Notes: generated by a model not told the origin, from the letters alone. Positions 1 through 13,739 are shown, counted from the whole stretch's first letter. The stretch is 60,649 nucleotides of DNA, filler included, from Sphacelaria rigidula (GCA_964200075.2; 6 parts of 6 records of this genome joined end to end with filler, not necessarily neighbours in it), one strand, 5' to 3'. A program made the numbers and translations.

Positions 1-1096
1 CCTCCTGGGCGATGCTGTCTGTGCCACTCTTGAATGCACAGCAGGTGCGGATCGTACTTGCGAAGTCAGGATATTTGCCATCATCCAACGCTTTTCACCG
101 TTTTTCGCGGAGGCGTTTAAAAGACTATTAAAAAAACAAAATCTCCCCCGGCGTAACACTGAGTGCTGTGGAATTTGAAGAGCTGCTATTATTGCATTAC
201 GCCGCATAACTGTGCACAGCAGCAGTCGGTAGTGTTTTGTGCCGCAGCTCCACGTACCGTCTACAGCGTACTAGATCTTACAGTGTTGCACGTGTCGAGG
301 GTCGCAGCTTCACTGGGGCTATTGTTACTGAGAATGCTCACTGGGCAACACGATCCGCCGGCTCAAGGTTCCCGGTATATTTGAACGTAAATTACTGTGA
401 AGTATACCAGGAACCTCGAGTTTGAGACACCTCTTCTAATCCCGAATCATTGCGATATCCGTTCGTTTCCCGAAAGGAATTCTCCATCCACCCTGACGTT
501 CATAACCTCCCGATTAGAGGGGGGCATACAGAACTAGCGGGTGGTGCTTTCACTTTCAAGATCAAAATATCGCCATATCGCCACCGGAGCGTGCATGAGC
601 ACCTTCAGTTTATAATTACTGCGATTATTATGCAGGTTCTCACGACCCATCCTCAACACTACCTGCTCCCACAAATTTTTAACCCCCCTGTTCTCTGTTA
701 CCGATACTGCTGAAAAAGAACGGGGTGGTTTCCGCGACGCTAATTTCTCGAATCTGTTTTTCGCTATAAACGTTTGATTCAGTGCAAAATAGGCAATTAT
801 TTCTGCGGGCAAGATGGCTGACACTATCACCACAGTTTTTCACGGTTCGGACGAATCATCGCCAGTTCGAATCACCAAATCCGCGCTTTTTGCAGGCCTG
901 ATTGCTCGAAAGAGGAGAATCTCGATCGCTCGTACAAAAGAACTCCACGCAAATTTTGCGTTATTCCACGTGCCTGGGCTTCGACGCCGAAAAAAAAGCC
1001 TAGGGATTGATTCGTATGGTACGAATCAATTACACTGAAACCAAGTAATATCCAGACGAATCGTTAACTAGTCCTACTCTTGAAATTTTTCGGTGG

Positions 1097-1344
1097 GACA
1101 CTTTTTACGATAGCCCCCCTCCGAAACCAGCCCAAATGTGTAACTGAAAAATGGCCATACAGCGCCTGATGTTTGTGTTCAGGTTGCATGAAGCGCTTCA
1201 TAGTGGCGACATTGGCTAGAACGAACCTAAGCGTGGGGATCCCCAGTTGCTCGTTGTGCTCGGCTTTTCCCATTTCGATTCACGTGGAAAGTTTGCCTCC
1301 CAAAACCATGCACTTTTTGAGGAGGGGCTATCGTAGGAAGTGTC
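1097..1344. mobile_element. ~250-bp MITE, family A copy 1
   Basis: TIRs GACACTTTTTACGATAGCCCC / GGGGCTATCGTAGGAAGTGTC; body shared with the copies at 4964 and 59793. Confidence 0.85.
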
Positions 1345-4199
1345 TTTGACTAGAGACCTTGACCACAGCGGGCGAATTATGATGATCTATTTGGATTGAT
1401 TGATTGTCGCACTTTATCTAGGATGAAAGCAAGTATCCCAATTACGGCGAGGGACCCCTCGCCGGAGGGGGGGGGGGCGTCCTTATTTTTTGACTGCTTT
1501 AGTCGTCCGGGAGGAGTGGGGCATTTTTCATGAGAGGTACCTCCCACGGTTGTGGTAATATGGCGCCGGATTGCACCGACACCAGAATAATGCACAGCCG
1601 ACAACAAGCCGCCACACTAAGCCATATCGATGTATACCCGAAAATGATCCGTATCGTCCACGTCTGAGAGTCGCCCACCGGGCACAAAGCATCCGGTTGT
1701 CGCCAGTCGATGAGTGGAGAGCTTCGGAGGCGAGACGGACGCTCGCCAACCACTTGAACCCCCGTCATCATTTTTTAGGTCACAGCAGCTGATCTAAGAA
1801 AACATCTGAACACGCGCCAGGATCACTCGCCGGTCGGCGGAGTAACCGCCGGCTGGAGAGACCGTGACCTTGGGTGCGTGCCGCAGCAAAGCACGGTACG
1901 GGAACACTCGGATGCCACAAGTGCACAAATGAAGAAGGTCGGACCGTGGAACGATTGCTGCTGAAATATTCGCACAGGTCCTCCAAGGATCAAGCAGAGG
2001 CAACGCAAAAACGTCGCCGTTAAACAAACGGTCTCTGCACCGTGGCTTCGGCGCGTATCATCGTGCACCAAAACCCAAGTCCTATGGCAAGAATTAAAAC
2101 AAAACACAAGACCGAAAACCCAAACGATCACAGGCGAAGCATATGCGTAGACCTCACTACCACACATATAAACCACACACCCCCAGCCCCCAAGAGACCG
2201 AGATACTATACAGACAATCAAAGACACCGACAACAAAGAACACACACAGAGAAAGGCTACAAAATACGAAGAAAGCCGAGAAGGAGGACAAGAACAAATC
2301 AGCCCGCCGAACACCGGGCCACAGAGGACAACTGAACCACGCAATTCGAGGCGCCTCGTACCCAGAACCCACGGCCCAAGTCCGCGACTCAGTGGGCCAA
2401 ACAGGGATACCCTTTGTGCGATATGCGCCGAATTTATCACACGACTCCATACTCCGGCATGGAGCGCAACACATGCGCAAACCCCGACAGCAGCCGTCCT
2501 CGTGGATCGCTGCCGCCCCCAACACCATAACGCGTCGGCGCCGACATGTGGAGACAAAGAATTCACCACAACCACAGAAAGGTATAAAATTCTTCGTGGC
2601 AGGCGGGTAGGAACCGTCACCCCCAACTTCCGGTGGGGCAGACTATCGTGGATCCAAAGTGAGGTTTACCTTCCTGCCCCCCCCCCTCCGTCCATTTATC
2701 ACGGAGATGTTACATCCTTCACTCCGACAGCGTGGAGGCTTTCCATAGACGCCTGGCAAATTCACACGACCCCCTATCCCACAGCCAGGCGAAAGCCTCG
2801 CGTACCGCCGACGGAATCTCTCCATCCCCGACCCACAGGACGGGGCATGCCGCGGTGAAACAGTCCCGCCGAGGTATCTGCACCCTCCGTGCATGTGCCC
2901 CGAGCGATCTCCTTGACCTGAAGGCCGCCTGCACAGGGAGTCAAGGGTTAGAGGTGATGGGCGCGGCAAGGACACGGTGAGCGCAATGAAATTTTGAAGA
3001 CAGATGGAAAAATAGCGCGACTATCGTGTGCAGTGTGGCGCGGATGCAGTGTGCATCACAGCGGTGCACGCACAACGTGCGCTGGCCACGACATTTTGTC
3101 GCCGGAATGGCAGGCACGAGTATAATTTGGTGTGGAGATGGGCGCTGAAGCACGGAGGCAAGAGGTAGTGTTGATGCCATACGACAGAAACGGCGAAGAC
3201 GAGACATATGTGACTGCGAACCCGCGGTTCGACAGAAAACTACTCCTAGCGTAGCACAATACTGCTGCCGCGCCCTGCTGGTGTCATGAGACGTTTATCA
3301 CTTGTTGGATGGACGAAATGTGGATTCCATCCCCCAAGGTTTGTCTTCTTTACTTTGTGCATGTGGGCTCCCAGCTTCATTCCGATATCACTTGTTTCGA
3401 TATAAACATGGCCTGATCGCGTAGCATTATTAAAAGATACGAGTACTTTCGTATGCGATGGCAGTACTGTACACGGGTTAGGAGCTCTCACTAGGGCTTT
3501 CGACAGAAAATACATGTAGAAAACGCCGCTATCACCAAACCGTTGATTTCGTTCTATTTCGTAAATTCCGCACCGCGTTCGAGCATAGTGTCGACGCACT
3601 TGGTGGCCGTCTCAACATCGAAAACGCGCCTTGATGGAGGCGTCTATGGCAGTTCGCGCACCGACGGCAAAACGTGCTGAGTGAGTGTCTCGCAGCATTT
3701 TTCCATCGAAAAAAAAGAGCGATGTGGCAAGTAATTTTTGCGAAATTCGACATTGTAACTCGATTTGGGTCGAAGCGAATTTTTATGCTTTCTATCGGAA
3801 AAGGACGGTGAAATTCGTGAAGCGGTATGTGGCCGTTTGTGAACAATACGGACAGTCCGTACTGTCTGCACTGCTTGAATGCAATGTATACTGAGTTCTT
3901 GTCTGCATGTTTCGTGCAGCAGGATGTGAGAGGGGAGCGGGCAACATGCAGAACCTCCACGGCAGCACCATCTGTTCTCTCTGTCCACAATGCGACGTGA
4001 AAAGAACTCGTACAACGCGCAGCTTTGTACATGAATTGCGTCCATGACCGCGTCCGCGAGGGGGTTGGCCACCTCACCATGCCGTTCCAACCCTCGTCCC
4101 TACGATGAAATAAGATAGTCAAGTTTTCACACGTCGGACGAACACGAGTATGAATCGTGGCTTGCACTCATTGGGCTGCTCGTCGTGAGAAAACGTATT

Positions 4200-5590
4200 A
4201 GGGTGAGTACTAGAAGCATTGCACGTGGTGAAAAAAAATGAAGAGGGCGAGTACTCGAGTCATTGGTCGTTGTGGGAATACATTAATAGGGCGAGTACGC
4301 GAATCATTGCTCGTGAAGAAAAATCACACGTCGGACTAGTCATTAGTTGTCGAAACGACTGCACTCGTGGACGTTTTTTAAAACACAACGAGCATGACTC
4401 GTGTGCTCGAGTCATCGTTTCTTTTTACAACGAGCAACGACTCGTGTGCTCGAGTCATTCAGTTTTTTCACAACGACCAATGACTCGTGTGCTCGAGTCA
4501 CGAGTTTTTTTCCAACGAGCAACGACTCGTGTGCCCGAGTCATCACTTTTTCACAGCGAGCAGTGACTCGTGTGCTCGAGTCATTTTTTTTATGAGCGAG
4601 CAATCACTCGTGTACTCTGGATATTTTTTTTTGTACAGCGAACAATGACTCGAGTGCTCGCCGTTAAAAAATGTAAATGTGCTACTCGAGAGATACTCTC
4701 CGCTACTTTGGTAAAACTCTGAACAGTATGTGTGTGGGTGCTTGGATAAACTGAAAACTAACTTTGGAGCTTGACGCTTGCACACGTGCAGACATGCATG
4801 TTAACTTGAAGATTCGAGGTTCAAGATCGTCGAAGGGCTCATTGCAATTATTTGCTCGTCGGATTGCTGGCTACTCCACTCAAGTCATTCATCATGAACA
4901 ATGACTCGAGTGCTCGCCCTGTTATTTTTTTTCACAGCGAGCAAGGACTCGAGTACTCACCTCGACACTTTCTACGATAGCCCCTCCCAAAAAACACGTG
5001 CATGTTTTGGGGGGGACAAAATCTCCACGTAAATCGAAATGGGAAAAAGCCGAGCACAACGAGCAGCTAGGAATTCCCGCGCTTGCGTTCGCTCTAGCCA
5101 ATGTCGCCAATATATAGCGCTTTATGCAGCCTGAACACAAACATCAGGCGCTATATGGCCATTCTTGAGTGGCACGTTTGGGTTGGTTTCGGGGGGGGGG
5201 CTATCGTAGAAAGTGTCCCTCATCAATTTTTACCCCCAACGAGCAGCCCAACGAGTGTGAGTGCCACTAGTCATACTCGTGCTCGTCCGGCGAGTGAAAA
5301 CAATATAGGGCGAGTACTCGACTCACTGCTCGTAGTGGCAAAAATTAGTAGGGTGGGTACTCGAGTCATTGCTCGTAGTGGCAAAAATCAATAGGACGAG
5401 TACTCGAGTCATTGCCCGTGGTGGAAAAAATAGTAGGGCGAGCGCTCGAGTCATTGCTCGTGGCGGAGAAAATTCATAGGTCTAGCACTCGAGTAATTGT
5501 TCGTGGCGGAAAAAATCACGACTCCAGTACACGAGTCGTCAGTCTTGGTGGAGACAAATATATAACTCGAGCACACGAGCCGTACTCGTG
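4200..5590. repeat. ~42-bp minisatellite arrays built on GACTCGTGTGCTCGAGTCA / GAGTACTCGAGTCATTGCTCGT, in both orientations
   Basis: About 6 units at 4385-4660 and about 7 oppositely oriented units at 5300-5585. Confidence 0.85.
4964..5217. mobile_element. ~250-bp MITE, family A copy 2 (opposite orientation)
   Basis: Same TIRs; flanked by cctc/cctc; inserted within the CTCGAG-motif repeat. Confidence 0.88.
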
Positions 5591-6924
5591 GTGTTTTCAA
5601 GAAACACGGGTGTGTTGGCGTGCGGCGGGATTTCAAACGCATTTTCTGATCACATAAAAAGTGGGTTATCAGAAAACGCGCTTTTTTATAGAGTTTTCTT
5701 TCTACATGAAAAAGTAGGTTGCTATTATCCCACTTCCTTACTTCTTCATCTACTTGAGATTCATTGTTGCTTTCAACACCCGTTCGTCACGCATTCGCTC
5801 ACAGTACAACCATGTTTCCTTCCGTGCTTTCCTCGCTAAACCTTCCGCAACCGTCCCTTCGTCCTCCTCCCGATTCGTTCAACATCGATACGTGCTCCGT
5901 GTGCACTACCCACGCGTCTCTATCCCAGGAGACAAAGCCAGTCCCGAAGGGGCCGAGTGCACTCGTTTCGACGAGTAATGACTCGTCCGACGTGTGCAAG
6001 TTTTCGCCGACAAAATGTACACACAGCATACGCAACTACTGCAGTGCATCCATCCCTGTGCTTAACTCCTGCTCAATGCTGCAGGGTTGCGGCCGTAGCC
6101 AATGATGAGTGGTGTGTACTAGTTTGCGTGATCATGTGGACGGATGGTATGTGGCGTGGTGGTCTGTGAGCTAGGGGTCCAGCACCTCTTCGTGCCTTTC
6201 CCCCGATTTTTTGTTAAAAAAAGGTTGGCTTCACTGTTTTTCACTCCTTTTCCGCTCGCCACTAAGGCGGTGTCTTAGCCGTGTCTTCGCATATCATATT
6301 TGGAAAACAGAAACGTGCAGTGGAAAACAGAAACTCCGATGAAATATGTCGTAATCTGAACCAGCTTCAATAGAAGCCACGACAGCCGAATAGCAGGAAC
6401 GGTATTGGAAGGGCGAGCCTGCATATGTGACCACGGGTTCGAGAGATCGGACAAATGTGCGCAAGCAATAATTTGATACAAAATAGGTGAAGTCACGGCT
6501 TATCAAATCAGAGTCTTCCTTTTCCACCGTACATTTCCCATACTAAAATGATGTGCGAAGGCACGCCGTAATGATACAACAATCGTTGATGCCAACTAGG
6601 AGCAGAACGCGGTGGACGTATGCGATGGCAATTGTTTTGTTCCACCACACGTTTTCGAGCGACAAAAACATACACGAACATATGTCATCCATGGGAGGGT
6701 GTTGACGTCGAAACATGATGTTTTACTGCTGGTAGACACCATCCGTCTTTGCGCCTTCGGCGCCAGCCCGCGGCGGGCAGGAATCGCTGAACCAAACCTG
6801 ATTGACCCATCTATACCTCTCCACTCTTAAGGGTCGTTCCTCAGTTGAGACGAACGCCTATTCCGTGGCAACAAAAAAGGTGAACGCCGTTCGCTTAGCG
6901 GTGTTCACTGACCGCGAAAGGAAC

Positions 6925-7050
6925 AGGGTACGGTAGGTGCTGGTATCTTGAAATACCGTGGTATCGTGGGTATCGTAGGTATGACACTTAAAAATACCCG
7001 ATTGGGTCGGTATCGGTAGGGTATGAGATGTCCGAAATACCGGTACGGGG
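6925..7050. repeat. Partial copy of the ~79-bp GGTACGGTAGGT repeat
   Basis: Matches the units at 7900-8420. Confidence 0.7.
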
Positions 7051-7899
7051 TACCTGCCTCACCCTCTATACCGATTTCAAAACTGCCATCCGGCAGTGCG
7101 AAAAAGCGTTTGATATCCCTGTGCAAGTTCGGCAATCAAATTATTGATGTGCCCAAGGCGGGCAGCCCCACCCCCACACGCACGCAACGCACAACGTTAA
7201 CCTGCACACCTCAAACCACACAGAACCCCATCATGATCCTCAGCTGAATTGTTGCAATCAGCTGACAGGGTTAGACACTCAATCCATGGATCGATCATGA
7301 GTACCGCGTGGTGATTTTCGTGGTTGTTGACGTGGGTGCAGGGACGAGAGCACACTGAGGATGAACAGTAGTGAGGGCAAATTTGAATTCAATAGTCAGT
7401 ACGCAAGGGCAGAGTTTGCCTCTCCACGTGGTTGTGCTTTTTCATGTAGGGCACCCGGCATTGGCGCAGTAATAACGGTATATATATATATATGCAAGGT
7501 TATTTATGTGGTAATTTGGCACCTTGTCATCTAGTTTGTATGCCTCCTGCCACCTCTCACGTTTTTTGTTACTTGTCCTCCTTCTCGTTTTTTGTCTCTG
7601 CTTGTTTGCACGTGGAATATTATCGTGTATGATGTTCATCTTTATGAATTATGAAACAATGTACAGCACCGTAACGGTGAAAAAAGATTTACATCCATTT
7701 ACCTAAATCATCAGTCCACATAAAAATAAGTTCATCGAATTGATCCGAACACGAAAATCAGGGGGAATCTAGGTATATACTACTTGTGAAAACAAGACGT
7801 ACCTGCTCTGACAAGTTCTAGCTTTTGTGTAAGTTGGGACCAGCTGCTGCACCGGGGGGATCGCATCGCGTCCGGTATTTACCGGGTTTATCCCCGGTA

Positions 7900-8420
7900 T
7901 TTCTCGGGGTGTATCATACCGTGGTTTGCGTGGGTATGATAGGTATGAGTTTTGAAAATATCCGATTGATTGGGTACGGTAGGTATTGAAATCTCGAAAT
8001 ATCGTAATATCATAGGTATCGTAAGTGTGAGTTTGGAACATACCTGATTGAGCGCGTACGGTAGGTGTTGAATTAGCGCAATACCGTAGTATCCTGTATG
8101 TCATAGGTATGAGTTTGGAAAGTACCCGATTTAGCAGGTACAATGGGTAATGAAATCTCGAAATACAGTGAAATCGTAGGTACGATTTTTGAAAATACCC
8201 GATTGGGCGAGTACGGTAGGTAAGTATTGACCCCTCGAGACACCATGGTATCGTGGGTATCGTAGGTATGACATTCGAAAAAACCCGATCGAGCAGGTAC
8301 GGTAGGTATTGACATCTCGAAATACCGTGGTATCGACGGTGTCGTGGATATGGTATGTGTAATACACGATTGGGGCCGCATCGGTGGGGTGTGAGATGTC
8401 CCGAATACCGGTGTACCGGG
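7900..8420. repeat. ~79-bp tandem repeat, about 6 units
   Basis: Recurrent gtacggtaggtattga...tctcgaaataccgt...gtatcgtaggtatga...tacccgatt. Confidence 0.85.
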
Positions 8421-9030
8421 TACTATTATAGTATCTACCTTTCCGAAGGTGCCTGTGCAGTCTGTAGTGTCATCACATACATGAAAACCGGAGCATCGCT
8501 AGCTGCCTATATTTTGAGCGTGACTGTAGGCGCTGCACGTGTGTGTAGTGTGTTGCGTGCATTTTTTCAAAGCAGCAGGCCGCCGGCGTCGCACGTCGCA
8601 CACTCGCGAGTACCTGTGAAATGAGCGCATGGCACACCTCCCTGCGATACGTTCCAGGCTTCAAGCGGTGACGGCCCCTGTTCTGTTGTTTAGTATATTT
8701 ACAGACAGTACAGTACGAAAACAAAATGAACCCTACTGTACTCCCATACAGTATATTTCATATATATTGAAGTATACCCAGAGAGTGAGTATTTGCCGAG
8801 CACGGTACGGTTTGATGCGATAGCGCCTCCTTGTGTAAAGCAAGTGCGGTACCTCTCAATGAGACCGCCGTCACGCACTCGTAGAGTGCTACATATTACT
8901 TACTGCACCATGTGCCAAAACGGATCTATCCTCTAAGCGTGAGTTAGTTCGATGGCGACGACACCTCGCTAAGCAGAGTAGGTGACACACTGCCTCATCA
9001 TGCACAGATACACCAGAGGCTTGCCCTCAC

Positions 9031-9392
9031 CTGATTGCGGTATTCCTTCGCAAACGTCGAACCCTACTTAGCCACCACGCCTCCTAGCAGAGATCAACAA
9101 GAGCCGCGACCGCCTCTATAAGCGCGTCACTCTTCACACTAGCGTCCAGCTCCGGGGTTGATCCATTGTGTATTCGCCGCCTCGCCCAGACAGCTGTTGC
9201 AGCCTCGTGGGCGAACTCTCGAAGATGGTGTCGGAGCTGTGCGCAAACCTTCAATAACTGATCCGCAATAACGGTCGCATCTTCATCAATGTGGGCGTCA
9301 ACCGCAATGTGCACTGGATACTCGTGTTGGGCGCTCGCGTATTGCGCCGTTAGTTTTATGTCAGGTGCTGGTATGCAGCTACGACGACGCGG
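9031..9392 (-). pseudogene. Exon-like segment with an in-frame TAG (possible pseudo-exon or terminal exon)
   Basis: ccctag| acceptor, ~102 open codons (PRRRSCIPAP...AVAALVDLC), TAG at 9084-9086, then EAWWLSRVRRLRRNTAI up to an AG|gtgagg donor. Confidence 0.35.
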
Positions 9393-10026
9393 CTAGGGCA
9401 GAACTGAACAACAACGGTACAGCAGTGAACTCTATCACGGAAGCAACAAACACACACTTTTATAAAATGTTATCTATGGTTGAATAATCACTTATAAAAT
9501 GAGATTTCTTGCTCGACAGCTGGATAGTCTTGCAGAGTCCTAGCGTAACGGAACAAAAGTGCTAATTTTGACGACTGTGATTGGTCAGAATGGTCATCTC
9601 GCGCCTCTTGGGCCTCGCGCACGGCTCATAATTTCCCGCGGGAAACTTCCAAATAGACATGGTTCAGTGCGTGAGCTGCTCTGCTGCTCTGCGAAGAGAC
9701 CCCCTCCCCCCCCATCAAAAACCACCCCCCCCGAGCCCTGGAAACACCCGGATGTCTCGGGACTGTCGGCTAGTACAACTGTTCCGAGGCGATGCTCGCT
9801 GTCTAAGGGTCAACAGCGGATCCTAATTTTTGGGGTTGAAACAAAAAACGAGGTTGAAGTCGCATTTCTCTATTGCAGGGAAGATACGAAAGAGTAACGC
9901 AGAGCGAAGGTATCTTCCTCCCCAAAACTCCGCAGGAGGAGTTAACCGTTAGACCGCGAGAGTAGGTCACCTGCTGAATCGGCATCAATAGTCACTTGAA
10001 AAAAGTACACGTGGTCTAGATGGACT

Positions 10027-10126
10027 NNNNNNNNNNNNNNNNNNNNNNNNNNNNNNNNNNNNNNNNNNNNTTAATTAATTAANNNNNNNNNNNNNNNNNN
10101 NNNNNNNNNNNNNNNNNNNNNNNNNN
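10027..10126. other. Artificial contig-joining spacer (44 N + TTAATTAATTAA + 44 N)
   Basis: Exact 100-bp structure; the 12-mer has stops in all six frames; it recurs five times. Confidence 0.98.
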
Positions 10127-10799
10127 ATTGTAGGGATGCGAGGTCAATGGTCTAATGACTATGGCATGCATGATCATGAGTACACCCCCCCCCCTGCGTA
10201 TCCAACGATTGAAAGTCTCCAGGCGTCCCATGTTTTTCGCGAGTGCCCACGAGCGCCCGTCCAGACTGGCAACTTGCGTGGGTCTGCCTCCACACTCCTC
10301 GAGGCTCACGAACCTGTGCACCTGTGGGGTGTTTGGTGTGGTCGTGGCGCGCTTCCTCGCAGTGCACCGTTTTATAGCGGAGCAAGGCAATTGTCACGAG
10401 AGATCTTGATGGGTTGCGCAGACGACGTACCCGAGTGGGGCGCTGCATCACCGTACTTTTCGTTATTCATTCAGACGTCACTCGCTGGTGTACAGCTCTA
10501 TCTGAACCTTCTCACCCCTAAACCCCAACTGTAGAGCTTATAATATAGAGACGCGGAGCCGTTCTGGCTAGACTGAACACTGGCTACAGTACTGGTTCCC
10601 GGACCGTTCCTGTCGGTACTTTGACCCGCAGTGGCTCCTACCAGGCTGGTCGACGATATGCCCGAGAATCTACGTATGAGGTCTATGTCCAACATATAAT
10701 CTGCACAAAAACGTCAGTGAACCGCGGAACAATGCGGGTAGAACGTAATAGCGACAATCACCTGTTGGCGTTCTTGTCTGCAACGCGGCCGCTATCAAT

Positions 10800-11855
10800 C
10801 GCAAGCACATGATTACGTGCTCCCATGCCTCCAGCCAACGTAGCTCATGTCCAAGTTCCCTAAGTCGCGTTTTGCAAAAGCTACGTCCGAGTCCAGTCCG
10901 ATGCAGATGTATTTTTGGCACTGTGTGTAGCAGGCGCGTTTCTCGTCCGCTACGACGCCGTTTGCACCACACGATGGCTTCAGCGGTGGCTATGGACTAT
11001 GTGAGTGTATTGCAGCTGCTGTGGTGTCAATGCAAGGTACATGGGACGAGCGCGGACAGGTATTCCACTCGCCAGGCTTGGACGTAAGCTACGTCCAAGT
11101 CGCCAAGTCTCCTTGGACATAGCTGATGTCCAACTCCAGTTGGGTGGCAGTACTGTTTGGCACTGTGTGTAGCAGGCGCGTTTCTCGTCCGCTACGACGC
11201 CGTTTGCCCCGCATGATAGCTTGAACGATGGCTACAAACTGTGTGTGTATTGCAGCTGCTGTGGTGTCGATGCAAGTCACATGGGACGAGCGCGGACAGA
11301 TATTACACACGCTGGAGGTGGACATAAGCTACGTCCAAGTCGCGACTTGGACATACTATGTCATGTCCACCTCCAGTCGGGTGGCGGTATTTTTTGGCAC
11401 TGCGCAGCAGGCGCGTTTCTCGTCCGCTACGAGGCCATTCGCATCGTGCGATGACTTTGAACGATGACTACGGGCAGTGTGAGTGTATTGCAGGTGTTGT
11501 GGTGTCGATACAAGGCACATGGGACCAGCGTGGACAGGTATTCCAACCGCTGGTGGTGGACATAAGCTATGTACGAGTCGCGACTTGAACATAGCTTATG
11601 TCCACCTCCAGTCGGGCGGCGGTATTTTTTGGCTCTGTGCAGCAGGCGCGTTTCTCGTCCGCTACGAGGCCGTTCGCATCGTGCGATGACTTTGAACGAT
11701 GGCTACGGGCTGTGTGAGTGTATTGCAGGTGTTGTGGTGTCGATACAAGACACATGCGACGAACACGGGCGGGTAGTCGAATCGCAGCTGGTGGTGGACA
11801 TAACTATTTCCAGGTCGCGACTTGGACACAGATTATGTCCAAGTCATGACTTGGA
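10800..11855. repeat. ~237-bp tandem repeat, about 4.5 units
   Basis: CAGGCGCGTTTCTCGTCCGCTACGA at 10931, 11173, 11408 and 11643. Confidence 0.9.
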
Positions 11856-13488
11856 AATAGAGTTACCCTTGTTTACTTATTTGAATATTGTGTCCTACAG
11901 TACAGTACATATCATCATGATCATGTAGCCCATTTTCAACGTGAAGACAACAGCATATCCCAGATCCTCGATAAAACGTTTGTCAACCACACGAATAGCG
12001 GGCGGCGAGGAAGATGCGAATCATACTTCTTGTACGCATCTTCGATTCCCACATAGCGAAGCACATCCGTGAAGTCATGATTTGATTCGCGGTGTGTGTG
12101 ACATCAGAGGGGTGTTATCCCCCGTTCTCAATGCTGCTAGTTGGGAAATCCGCACGGGAATTCTTTGATGAACACAAACGTGAAATCACGCGTCATTGAG
12201 CTGCCGCTAATCTTCGATGCAGGACGGCATTGGGGTGTATGCAGCACGTGCACCACCTGTAAACCTGTTGCGGCCTCTCGATCTGTCATCAAAAATCCAT
12301 TTTTTGTGATGCAAATTTGGTCTGCGAGAAACATCGTGCACATGTTTCCTTTTCCTCATTGCTGCACTCTCTGATTGCCGCCGACAACACACTCTCACCA
12401 TAAGTTTGAAGGCGCCTGGTATGACTGCGAAGACCTGCTGCCACATGGCACAGCATCGGCTCCACTCTCAATATCCAAAATCTCCAAATTCCCTACAACG
12501 TGTCACCCAACCTCGAAATAATGGAATATGACGAAAAGTTTTGAAAATCAAGACATGGAATATGACACACAGTACAAGCAGGATCGCAACAAACAAGATA
12601 CCGTAGGTGGCATCCTGCCATCCTGTCAGCTACCTGAGTTGCACAGGCACAGTGGCCGGGTTCGATCAGCCTTGAGAGTACATAATGAACATTAACTCAT
12701 CACTCGCCGTGCAGGTCACCGTGCAGGCCGCCGTGCAGGCTGTAATATTGTTTCCTCGAAGTGGAATGCTTGTGTCGCAGAATTTCTTCCCTGGATTCCA
12801 GCTTACCGTGCCCGACGACGCCTTCTTGCAGGTACAACAACTGTCGGTAGTCGGTAGGACTATTATAGATGCGATAGTGAAATACCAAATACCACACTAC
12901 CGTACTACACTCGCTACACTGTACTGCACTACATGATTCGGAACTAGATAATAGCTAGCGCGTAGCTGTTGCCAGCCATAAGAGGTAACTGTCGCCCACA
13001 CACAGTGCAATACCGCGTTCGAACCTTGCTTGCAAATGACAGGGTGCAACGGCTGCAGGCGATCTGGGTACGACCTCGATTGATTTTCTTGGTATAGGGC
13101 AGACCAGACCTCTGGCACCAAACATGGACAAGCAGTAGCGGATGTCATTTGTACATCGATGTCAACGGCAGCTTTCCAACGGTTTACGCAGTTTCACCCT
13201 AGCCCATACTCGCAGCTGCATTCTGCGAGAAGTTCGAGGTTCAACATTTCAGGGACATATATCTTGCCCCCACCTTGCGACAAAATTAGTACGACTCGAA
13301 ATGGGTGCAGTAGTACTCAGTACTCGTAAACTGCTACATTTTTATTCGGCCTTTTTTGGACCTGAGGCTGATAGCCGCGGGCGTCGGCACGACACGGCAT
13401 GAGGCTGACAGCCGGGCGTCGACGCAACGAGGCATGTGAAATATGGGTGTAAGGTGCGGACTGCTGCTTAGCACAGTGGTTGGGTGAT

Positions 13489-13739
13489 GCCGCGATACCC
13501 CCTCCCCCCCCCTACGCCAAGAAAATGACTGGTTTGAGGAGGCAAAATCTATATGCAAACCCAAATCACAAAAGCCGAGCCTACCGAACAGCTGGGAATT
13601 CCTATGCTTGCAATTGTTTTCGCCAATGTTGCCCATATGAGGGGCTTCATGAAATCTGAAACCAGCCATCATGCGTCGTATCGCCCGTTTCATGACAGTT
13701 TTGGGGCTGGTTTTGGGGGGGGTGCGGGGGTATCGCTGC
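13489..13739. mobile_element. Diverged relative of MITE family A
   Basis: Internal sequence aligns by eye with family A (aaagccgagc...cagctgggaattcc...gccaatgt); different TIR (gcgataccccc / ggggtatcgc). Confidence 0.65.

Noticed and set aside
1823-2626. 267-aa hydrophobic ORF as a membrane protein
   Set aside because: It arises from an AC-rich low-complexity strand; no domain and no splice support
4385-4660. CRISPR-like array (palindromic repeat plus variable linker)
   Set aside because: The linkers are similar to each other rather than unique spacers, there are no cas genes, and the context is eukaryotic; it is a minisatellite
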